Origin: Vicinamibacteria bacterium | GTDB lineage: Bacteria; Acidobacteriota; Vicinamibacteria; Marinacidobacterales; Marinacidobacteraceae | Length of the DNA stretch: 64,000 nt | Assembly (NCBI GenBank): GCA_963422395.1 | Contig: OY729431.1 | Location: 2,720,001 to 2,784,000, forward strand | Direction: 5' to 3' | In this document: piece by piece, positions 56,157 through 64,000 of the stretch | How the letters are laid out: the number at the start of each line of letters is the position of its first letter | Numbering within the stretch: the stretch's first letter is position 1 | The notes under the pieces: model-generated | Databases searched by the model: none | Told to the model about the DNA's origin: nothing | Seen by the model: only the letters and a program-made list of their open reading frames with translations | Position numbers and translations under genes: made by a program

Positions 56157-59100
56157 TCAGCGCGGGCTTTTTCCCCCGACGCGCGGCCGAGCCCCGGGGG
56201 TGTCGGTGGGATCGTCCGACGGATCGAAATCGAGAAAACCGTCCCGTCCCCGAGGCCCGACCCGGCGCGTGTTGTACTCCTCGCGCCAGCGGGCCAGCTC
56301 CGCCGATTCGGGATACGCCCCTTCGGAGTACGGATATCCCGGCATTCCGTGGAAGGGAAGCGGTCCGACGGTATGGGGCCGGGCCGAGTTCAGGTCCATG
56401 TCCTTCCCGAAGCCGTCCGCAAAGACGAAGAAAGCCCGGCGCATACCCGGTGCCGGCTCGGAGAGTCCGCCAGCGTCGAACCGCAGCCGGATCTCGTCGC
56501 CATGCCGGGCGATCACATAGCGGTCATCCACCCCGGTCAGCAAGGGCTGTACATCTCCGTAGCGGGTGTACCCCCCCTCATGAGCGCCCCAGACATCGCG
56601 CGCCGAGCGGGTCGCATACCGGTATTCCGTCGGAGGCAGTCCGCGGGGGTGATGGGGCTCCGGATACCCGGCGAAGCGGAGCTCGGCGACGATCGGATCG
56701 AGTTCGCGGACTGCGATCTCCACCTCTTCGGCGATCTCGGCCAGCTCGATCCGGTCCCAATAGATGCGCATGTTGGTCCGGATCCGCAGCGGCCGGTCCA
56801 CCTCGATCGGCGTCTCTCCAAGCGGCACCACCATCGTCTTGGGAAGCCCCGCCGGGAACCCCATGGGTTCTACCGCAACGCGGAATCCATCCTCCGCGGA
56901 GACATCGAGCACCGGAGGCTGCGCCCGAATGCCCGCCTGGAAGGCAGCGAGATTGGAACTCGAATCGGCGTAGTCCACCCATCCGTAGAGGAGGAGAGCG
57001 TGCTGCGCTCCCGGGCGTGCTCCGTCGAAATGGAGCGTCAACGCGTGGTCCTCGGCATACCCCTTGAAAGGCAGGAGCGCGAAGTCGTCCACATAGTCGC
57101 GGTCCACTCTCGCCAGTTCCCGAGTCACTTCACGCTCCGAACCGGAGGTGGAAGAGAACGCCCGGGAGGGCGGCTGCCGCTTCCGCACTGCGAGCAAGCC
57201 CGGCGGCGGATAGGGAGGACTGGGCATGAGCCTTTCCTTCGGGAACACATCCACCTCTTCGGGATGGTCTGCGATCCAAAGCGCCGCCCGATCGTAGAAA
57301 ATCACCTCTTCGAGCTGGTTCACCCACCGCAGCTCGAAAGCTCCGTCTCGCGGAACGAGGGGAAAGGCCTCCATCTTGACCACCTCGGCGGTGTCCGGAG
57401 TGTTGAAAAGCCCTGGAGCCAGAAGATTGCCGAGCGCGCTGCCGCCGAGGAAATCCGTCACGAACCGGATCTGCTCTCCATCCCACGCGTAGAGCACCGG
57501 GCAGGATGTGCCTTTCCGGTTCAGTTCCTCGACGGAGGCGACCCGAGAGGCCGGAACCTCGAGCTCGATCTGCTTCACCCCCCCCGGCCACAGAAGCCGC
57601 ACATAGTCGGCGGCCGCCGCGTCCCCCAGCCCGAAATGGACGGGAAGATCGTTCTGCGACAGGTATCCCGAAGTGGTCCGGAGCTGGCGCCGCTGGCTGA
57701 TCGAGCCGACCCGAATCTCGACCTTGGTCCCGATCCCGTCCAGGTTGCTGCGCAGGCCGCGCGGGCGAACCGCCATCCAGTTCCCCGCCCTCTCCAAGTC
57801 GTTGGAGAAAGCGAGGAGGCGCCCCCGGGTCGTGCCCGCCACCGCGTCCAGGTCGCCGTCTCCATCCAGATCTCCCAGCGCCAGCGCCCGCGCTTGCTCC
57901 CCGGGTTCGAGGTCTGCGGGGAGCCCGGCCGCCCGGACGAACCCGGCGGGAGTGTTCTCGAAGAGCGAGATCGGGGTCTCCTGCTCATTCGTGACGACCA
58001 GCAGGTCCAGATCCATATCGTGATCGGCGTCGAGGAAGGCAACGCCGTAGCGGGCGCCGGGCACTCCGGCCCGGAGCAGGAAGGGAGACCCGGTGTCCGG
58101 TGAGAAACCGGAAGCGGCAGCGCCCCTGAGCAACAGGTTCAGCGCACCGCCTTCCGCGGTGAACGCCATATCGGAGAATCCATCGCGGTCGTAATCACCG
58201 GCGGCGGCACCCCGCATCCGAGATGCCGTCTCGACCCCCCAAGCTCTCTCCACTTCGGTGAAGGTCCCGACACGATCGTTCGAGAAGACCTGTACCGGAG
58301 CGCCGTCGTTCACGACCAGGAAGTCCACATCCCGGTCGTCATCCCAATCTCCGAAGAGCGAGAAGAGGCTGCGCCGCGCGCCGCCGTCCGTCCGGGTCGA
58401 AGCCGCGACATCGGTGAAGGTCCCGTTCCCGTTGTTGCGATAGAGACGGTTGGGGGCTCCGGGGATTTCCTCCGGCACCAGGATCGGCCCCGCTTCCGTG
58501 CCGGACCCGCCGAGCGACGCGGGAGCGTAGTTGGAGACCTGGATATCCAGGTCGCCGTCGTGGTCGAAATCCGCGAAGGTCGCTCCCACCGAGACTTCTT
58601 CGCCCTCGGCCCCGGAGGATGGCTCGGGAGCGAACGCGGCTCCCCCCTCGCCCTCTCCGTTGAGCAGCAGCACATTCGGTCCGGCCGCGGCGACATAGAT
58701 GTCGGGATCGCCGTCGTGGTCGAAATCGCCGATCGTGGCGCTCACCGCGTTCGCCGCTTCGATCCCGGAACCCTCCCAGCGTTCGAAACCGTCTCCGGTG
58801 TTGCGGAAGACGACGAGCGCCCCATCCCGGACGAAGACCAGTTCCGGAAGCCCGTTGGCGTCGAGATCGCCGATGGCGAGGCCGGATCCGAGGTCCGGCA
58901 GAAGATGCCGGGCCATCCATTCGGGCGAATAGTCCCCGCGGGAGAGGGTTGCCGGCGGGTCCGCCGGCGGATCGAGAGCCGCAAGCGCGATGCCCCACTC
59001 GCTCGTGGCTTCCCGGAAAGCGCCGGCGCCGGACAGGAGCGGCTCGGTCTGCTCCCGGTGGAGCGGCGCCGGGGGATCCTCCAGGGCCTCCGCGTACGGC

Positions 59101-59759
59101 CCCAGCTCGGTGTACTGCAACCCCGCCGAGACCCCTCCTCCCGAGAATCCTTCCCGGAGCTCCTGGAATCGCATCAGCTGCGCCCGGCCCTCCTCGCGCC
59201 GGCCGGCGCGCACCAGGACATTTCCCAGACTGAAATGGGCCGACTCGTGTTCGGGCTGTAGCCGGATCGCCGCTCGGAGCGCTTTTTCCGCCTCCTGGAG
59301 GCGGCCGAGCGCGGCATAGGCAGATCCGAGGTAGTACTGGGTCATCGAGTCATCGGGATCTCGCGCCGCAACCCTCAGAAAGGAGTCCAGCGCTGCCTCG
59401 GTGTTCCCCTCGAGCTTCTCGATGAGTCCCAGGTTGTAGTGCGCCGGGAGCCCCTCCGGATCCAGGTCGCGGGCCCTGGTGAACGACGCGCGCGCCGCGC
59501 CGAAGTTCCGCTCGTTGAACCAGGCGATCCCCAGATTCAGGTGAGCCGCCGCCGACTCGGGCCGCAGCGCGACGACCCGTTCGAATTCGGCTGCAGCGTC
59601 CGAAAACCGGAACTGCTCGAGAAATGCGACGCCGCGGCTCATCCGGGTCGCCGCCTCGCCCAGGGATTCCTGGCCGGCCGCCGTCAGAGGGCTCCCGACG
59701 GTGAAGACGAGCAGAATGTATCGCCGAACTTTCTGACCGAGGAACATTGCTGTCGTCAT
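56157..59759 (-). CDS. TPR plus FG-GAP/VCBS repeat plus ASPIC/UnbV domain protein (CRTAC1-like)
   Basis: N-terminal TPRs, multiple D.D.DGD.D motifs, SN.DGIG.KV...GYLSQ...HFGLG, SCPVLYAWDG. Start uncertain (59747/59759/59792). Confidence 0.88.
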   Translation of the reverse strand: MTTAMFLGQKVRRYILLVFTVGSPLTAAGQESLGEAATRMSRGVAFLEQFRFSDAAAEFERVVALRPESAAAHLNLGIAWFNERNFGAARASFTRARDLDPEGLPAHYNLGLIEKLEGNTEAALDSFLRVAARDPDDSMTQYYLGSAYAALGRLQEAEKALRAAIRLQPEHESAHFSLGNVLVRAGRREEGRAQLMRFQELREGFSGGGVSAGLQYTELGPYAEALEDPPAPLHREQTEPLLSGAGAFREATSEWGIALAALDPPADPPATLSRGDYSPEWMARHLLPDLGSGLAIGDLDANGLPELVFVRDGALVVFRNTGDGFERWEGSGIEAANAVSATIGDFDHDGDPDIYVAAAGPNVLLLNGEGEGGAAFAPEPSSGAEGEEVSVGATFADFDHDGDLDIQVSNYAPASLGGSGTEAGPILVPEEIPGAPNRLYRNNGNGTFTDVAASTRTDGGARRSLFSLFGDWDDDRDVDFLVVNDGAPVQVFSNDRVGTFTEVERAWGVETASRMRGAAAGDYDRDGFSDMAFTAEGGALNLLLRGAAASGFSPDTGSPFLLRAGVPGARYGVAFLDADHDMDLDLLVVTNEQETPISLFENTPAGFVRAAGLPADLEPGEQARALALGDLDGDGDLDAVAGTTRGRLLAFSNDLERAGNWMAVRPRGLRSNLDGIGTKVEIRVGSISQRRQLRTTSGYLSQNDLPVHFGLGDAAAADYVRLLWPGGVKQIELEVPASRVASVEELNRKGTSCPVLYAWDGEQIRFVTDFLGGSALGNLLAPGLFNTPDTAEVVKMEAFPLVPRDGAFELRWVNQLEEVIFYDRAALWIADHPEEVDVFPKERLMPSPPYPPPGLLAVRKRQPPSRAFSSTSGSEREVTRELARVDRDYVDDFALLPFKGYAEDHALTLHFDGARPGAQHALLLYGWVDYADSSSNLAAFQAGIRAQPPVLDVSAEDGFRVAVEPMGFPAGLPKTMVVPLGETPIEVDRPLRIRTNMRIYWDRIELAEIAEEVEIAVRELDPIVAELRFAGYPEPHHPRGLPPTEYRYATRSARDVWGAHEGGYTRYGDVQPLLTGVDDRYVIARHGDEIRLRFDAGGLSEPAPGMRRAFFVFADGFGKDMDLNSARPHTVGPLPFHGMPGYPYSEGAYPESAELARWREEYNTRRVGPRGRDGFLDFDPSDDPTDTPGARPRVGGKSPR

Positions 59760-59830
59760 TATGACCAAGCTTCGGCTGCTAGTCCGTAGCATGTACGCTG
59801 CCGGCCCCCGCCGGCTGTGGAACGGGAACG

Positions 59831-61861
59831 ATGATCCAACTCGTCGAGGCTTCGAAAGCGTACGGCGAACAGGTGCTGTTGCGAAGGGCTTCCTGGCAGG
59901 TCGGGAGCGACGACCGCATCGGGCTCGTCGGCGCCAATGGTTCCGGGAAGTCCACACTCCTTCGAATCCTCGCAGGGCAGGTGCCTCTCGATGCCGGAGA
60001 GGTGATCCGGGCTCGCGACCAGAGGATCGGTCATCTCCCCCAGGACGGACTCCGATCGAGCGGCCGCAGCCTGTTCGAAGAGGTTCGCGCTGCCTCATCC
60101 GGCCTGGTCCGGCTCCGCCGGGAACAGGAGACAGTGGCGGCGCAACTCTCCAGTTCTCCCGAACGAACGGATCTCCTCGAGCGCTACGGAGAGATGGAAG
60201 AGGAGTGGCAACGGCGCGGTGGATACGAACTGGACGCCCGAGTGAGCGAGATCCTCTCCGGATTGGGTTTCGAAAAGAGCGACCACCCCAAACCGGTGGA
60301 GACCTTCAGCCAGGGATGGCAGATGCGGATCGCGCTCGCGCGGCTGCTCATCGAGGCGAACGATCTCATCCTCCTCGATGAGCCCACGAACTACCTCGAC
60401 ATCGAAGCGCGCACCTGGCTGTTCGGATTCCTCGCCCGCCATCGCGGCGGGCTGGTGCTGGTAGCGCACGACCGGTTTTTCCTCGATCAGGTCGTCACCC
60501 GGATCACCGAGATCGGTTTCGGGCGGCTCGGCAACTATCCGGGCGATTACAGCCGCTACGAGGTGCAGCGAACCGCCGAGATCGCCGATTTGAGAAAGCG
60601 GGCTGCCGAGCAGGCGGCGGAAATCGAGCGGAACCAACGGTTCATCAACCGTTTCCGCTATCAGGCCAGCCGGGCGCGTCAAGTGCAGAGCCGGATTCGG
60701 AGTCTAGAGAAAGTCGAACGCATCGAAGCACCGCCCGAGAGGCAACGGGTGACACTCCGGCTCCCGCATCCGCCGCGCTCCGGGCGGGTCCTCGTGACCC
60801 TGCGGCAGGTTTCCAAATCCTTCGGCGGCCACGAAGTCTTCCGGAGCGTGGACCTGGTAGTCGAGCGGGGTCAGCGCCTCGCGCTCGTCGGACCGAATGG
60901 CGTCGGCAAGTCCACCCTGATCCGGCTGCTGGCCGGTGAGGAGACTCCGGAATCAGGGAGGCGCGAGCCCGGCCACAACGTCCGCATCGCCTACTACGGA
61001 CCGGACCGGCACGACCTCGACCCCTCCCGCACCGTGCACGAGACGATGGCGGACGCGGCGCCGCTCTCCATGCTTTCGGAGATCCGCAACATTCTGGGAG
61101 CGTTCCTGTTTTCCGGTGGCGCGGTGGACAAGAAGACCAGTGTTCTCTCCGGAGGGGAACGCAGCCGGCTGGCGCTGGCGCGGCTGCTCCTCCGGCCAGC
61201 CAACCTGCTGCTTCTCGACGAACCCACGAACCATCTCGATCTGGAAGCCAAGGCAGCCCTGCTGAGCGCCCTCACCACCTACCGCGGCACGATCGTGTTC
61301 GTCGCTCACGATCGGTACTTCATGGACACACTGGCCACGCGCGTCGCCGTGATCGGCGGCGGCGAAGCCGAGCTCCACTGGGGCAACTATTCGGACCATC
61401 TCGACCGTGGCGAGCTGCGCCGCGGGCAGCGAACGACGGCCTCCGCAGTCCCCCGAAAACCGGTTCGAGACCGGAAACCGCCGCCCGCTTCCGGCAGACC
61501 GCAGCAGGACCGGAAGAAACCGGGCAAGAACCGGATTCGTCAACTACGCCGGCAGTGGCGGGAAGCCTTCGAAGCAGTGGCGGACACGGAGACTGCCGTC
61601 GAGAGCCTCGAAGCGCGGATGGCGGCGCCCGGGTTCTTCGACGATCGGGAAGCATCCCGCGAGATCGCAGCCACCCACGAGGATCTGACGGCGCGTTTGC
61701 CAGGTCTCTACGAGGAATTGGAACGGCTCGACGCGGAGGTCGGACCCGTCTATTCGCCGGACGGCGCGCGCGAGTCGGCCGGAACCCGATCTCCCGACTC
61801 CCGAAGATCGCCTTCGAGTTCCACGCCGAGGCCGTTGGCCATCCGGTTGACGAAGCAGTAG
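59831..61861 (+). CDS. ABC-F family ATP-binding protein
   Basis: Two ABC domains (GANGSGKST, GPNGVGKST), LLDEPTN twice, HDR.F, no TM segments, Uup-like C-terminal coiled coil. Confidence 0.93.
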   Translation: MIQLVEASKAYGEQVLLRRASWQVGSDDRIGLVGANGSGKSTLLRILAGQVPLDAGEVIRARDQRIGHLPQDGLRSSGRSLFEEVRAASSGLVRLRREQETVAAQLSSSPERTDLLERYGEMEEEWQRRGGYELDARVSEILSGLGFEKSDHPKPVETFSQGWQMRIALARLLIEANDLILLDEPTNYLDIEARTWLFGFLARHRGGLVLVAHDRFFLDQVVTRITEIGFGRLGNYPGDYSRYEVQRTAEIADLRKRAAEQAAEIERNQRFINRFRYQASRARQVQSRIRSLEKVERIEAPPERQRVTLRLPHPPRSGRVLVTLRQVSKSFGGHEVFRSVDLVVERGQRLALVGPNGVGKSTLIRLLAGEETPESGRREPGHNVRIAYYGPDRHDLDPSRTVHETMADAAPLSMLSEIRNILGAFLFSGGAVDKKTSVLSGGERSRLALARLLLRPANLLLLDEPTNHLDLEAKAALLSALTTYRGTIVFVAHDRYFMDTLATRVAVIGGGEAELHWGNYSDHLDRGELRRGQRTTASAVPRKPVRDRKPPPASGRPQQDRKKPGKNRIRQLRRQWREAFEAVADTETAVESLEARMAAPGFFDDREASREIAATHEDLTARLPGLYEELERLDAEVGPVYSPDGARESAGTRSPDSRRSPSSSTPRPLAIRLTKQ

Positions 61862-62349
61862 TACGCCGCCACTGCACAGGCGTCGTGGATGTCCCGGTCG
61901 GAGAGCCCGGCAGCGCGAAGGGGGATGAGATCCCCCTCGACGACAGCGGCAGGCCGTCTCGCAACCTTCACCGCGTAGTCGAGCAGAGCGCGCCCGCGGG
62001 GAGGGAGGGGTGCCCGGTCGGGGTCTCGGGTGACTGCAGCGACGAGGTCAGGATCCCGCGTCAGCCGGAGGAGACCCCTTCGGTGATGTTCGATTCAATA
62101 GTGGCATTCGTTGACCACGGAGACCGCCACGGCGATGAGTTCCCGCTCCGCATGGGGGAGCCCCGACTCCCCGCGCATCAGGTGCTCGTAGAGGGCGAGG
62201 TGGTGTTCGAGCGCTTCGGGGTTCAGGCTCCCCGCGGCGACGATGTTGTCCACGAACCCATCCGGACGCCGATGCCTGCGGTACAGAGAGGCGAGAGGAT
62301 CACTGCGGGCTTCGGGATCACCCGGACGGACGGTGCGAATCCAGCTCAT
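61750..62349 (-). CDS. AhpD/CMD-family peroxidase-related selenoprotein (CxxU)
   Basis: ORFs 62095-62349 and 61750-61971 are in the same frame, joined across one TGA in VSVVNECHY-TGA-IEHH. The downstream part continues the family (ALLDYAVK...GLSDRDIHD...FVNRMANGLG). Confidence 0.88.
62065..62083 (-). promoter_or_regulatory. Putative bacterial SECIS element
   Basis: Hairpin CCGAAGG-GGUCU-CCUCCGG begins 11 nt after the UGA. Confidence 0.7.
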
Positions 62350-62410
62350 CGGAGGACTCCGACTCCGGGCGTGGAGCCCGGCGGCGAAGCGCTACTAGGA
62401 TACCGGCCCG

Positions 62411-62884
62411 ATGATCCGGATCGCCTGCGACGGCTCTTGCCTCGGCAACCCGGGGCCGGGCGGCTGGGCGGCGGTGATCTTCTCCGGTTCCGGCGAAGAA
62501 CAGGTCCTCACCGGCGGGGAGCCGCACACCACGAACAACCGGATGGAACTCACCGCCGCCATCCGCGGGATCGAAGCCCTCCCGCCGGGTACGGCAGCGG
62601 TGGTGCTCTGCGACAGCCAATATGTCGTTCGCGGAATCACCGAGTGGATCCCCAACTGGATTCGGCTCGGCTGGAAAACCGCCAGGAAACACCCCGTGAA
62701 GAATGTCGATCTGTGGCGGCGGTTGGCCGCGGCGCATGAAGGCCGCAGCAGGGTGCAATTCCAATGGGTTCGCGGCCATGCGGGGCACGCCGCCAACGAG
62801 AGAGCCCATGAGCTCGCTGCTGCCGCTGCCGAGAAGGCGAAACGACGGACGCCCGCGGACGCGTCCGGTTCGTTGCGCGGCTGA
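62411..62884 (+). CDS. rnhA: Ribonuclease HI
   Basis: DGSCLGNPGPGGW, TTNNRMEL, DSQYV, VKNVDLW, WVRGHAGH..NE. Confidence 0.95.
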   Translation: MIRIACDGSCLGNPGPGGWAAVIFSGSGEEQVLTGGEPHTTNNRMELTAAIRGIEALPPGTAAVVLCDSQYVVRGITEWIPNWIRLGWKTARKHPVKNVDLWRRLAAAHEGRSRVQFQWVRGHAGHAANERAHELAAAAAEKAKRRTPADASGSLRG

Positions 62885-62944
62885 ACGGGAAAACGCCTCG
62901 GTGTCCGGCGCGGAGCGATCCAGCGGATAGACTCGGAACGCCTT

Positions 62945-63907
62945 GTGCGCGAGTATCGATTCCTGAAGGCGGATGTCTTCACCGACCGCGCGTTCACCGG
63001 CAACCCGCTCGCCATCGTCACCGAGGCCGACGGGCTCTCCGGCGAGGAGATGCAGCGCATCGCCGCCGAAATGAATCTGTCGGAGACGGTGTTCGTACTG
63101 CGGCCCACCGATGTGCATGCACTCTGCAGACTGCGCATCTTCACCCCGAACACCGAGCTGCCCCTGGCGGGGCATCCGGTCGTAGGTGCCTTTTTCCTGC
63201 TGGCCGAACGCGGACAACTCGGTCTCGGCGAAGCGCTGCGCGCAGTCGGAGACGGAGTGCATCGAATCCATCAGGAGTGCGGGGCCGGCGTCCTTCCGGT
63301 GGATATCCGGGTGCGCGGCGGTGCGGTGGAACAGGTCGTGATGACCCAGGCGCCTCCCCGATTCTTCGCGGAGTGCCACGACCGCGCCGCCCTGGCGGCC
63401 TGTCTGGGCCTCGGTGTGGATGAACTCTTGCCGAACGGCACCCCGGCGCAGGTCGTCTCCACCGCGCTTCCCCAGCTCATGGTGCCGGTCCGGTCTCTCC
63501 GCAGCGTCGAGCGCCTGGAATTCGACCCCGCCGCGGCGCAGATCGTGCTGCATCGGGAGGACATCGGATCGGACTGCATGATGGTCTTCTCCACCCAATG
63601 CGTGCACCGGGAAAGCGCCGCGCACGCCCGGATGTTCGCCCCCGGACTAGGCGTCAGCGAAGACCCCGCGACGGGAAGCGCCGCGGGCGCGCTCGGGGCG
63701 TGGCTGGTCGCGCGAGGGCTGGTCGCGCGGGGGCTGGCTTCCCCCGGCGACCGGGATCCGGTGCGGATGGTGATCGAGCAGGGGTACGAGATGGGACGGC
63801 CCAGCTCGATCCATGTAGAGGTCGAACGAGAAGATGGACGACCGTCCCTGGTGCGGGTCGGCGGCCAGGCCATCGAGTTCGCCGAAGGTTTTCTCCGAGT
63901 TCCCTGA
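62945..63907 (+). CDS. PhzF family epimerase/isomerase
   Basis: DVFT...GNPLA, EMNLSETVF, RIFTP..ELPLAGHP, EDPATGSA, EQG.EMGRPS. Confidence 0.92.
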   Translation: MREYRFLKADVFTDRAFTGNPLAIVTEADGLSGEEMQRIAAEMNLSETVFVLRPTDVHALCRLRIFTPNTELPLAGHPVVGAFFLLAERGQLGLGEALRAVGDGVHRIHQECGAGVLPVDIRVRGGAVEQVVMTQAPPRFFAECHDRAALAACLGLGVDELLPNGTPAQVVSTALPQLMVPVRSLRSVERLEFDPAAAQIVLHREDIGSDCMMVFSTQCVHRESAAHARMFAPGLGVSEDPATGSAAGALGAWLVARGLVARGLASPGDRDPVRMVIEQGYEMGRPSSIHVEVEREDGRPSLVRVGGQAIEFAEGFLRVP

Positions 63908-64000
63908 CCGCTGGCGGTCAGCGATAGGAAATACGCTCTCCGGGAAGCGGGGGTGTGTGTGCCGGAACCCGATGGGCCTGCACCAGCTGTTCGAAGGCAT

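Noticed and set aside
62945-63907. Phenazine biosynthesis cluster (PhzF plus DAHP synthase and trp genes)
   Set aside because: PhzF-like proteins are widespread stand-alone enzymes. No phzA/B, D, E or G is present, and the genes are more than 13 kb apart.

Overview
High-GC bacterial chromosome segment, probably Acidobacteriota (inferred from a GWxTD protein, an acidobacterial-type VWA protein and an FG-GAP/ASPIC-UnbV protein). In order, it holds: a lower-GC two-gene block (GWxTD-TPR, PD40/PHP hydrolase) abutting a 3' remnant of purB; purS-purQ-purL-purF; several peptidases, a double cyclophilin, ypdA and a D-aminoacylase; a solitary 2090-aa STAND-type NTPase; rpoZ; and a respiratory cluster (Rieske, split b6-type cytochrome b, membrane-anchored octaheme cytochrome c, A1-type heme-copper oxidase, two putative copper proteins). 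Further on are a trpDCFBA operon ending in a DAHP-synthase homologue that has lost key catalytic residues, an amidase, three tandem Cys-paired secreted TPR paralogues, an ABC-F, an AhpD-like gene with an in-frame UGA and SECIS-like hairpin (selenoprotein), rnhA and a PhzF-family gene. No rRNA, tRNA, CRISPR array, integrase or transposase was recognised. All calls come from reading motifs by eye, with no database searches, and several start codons are best guesses.
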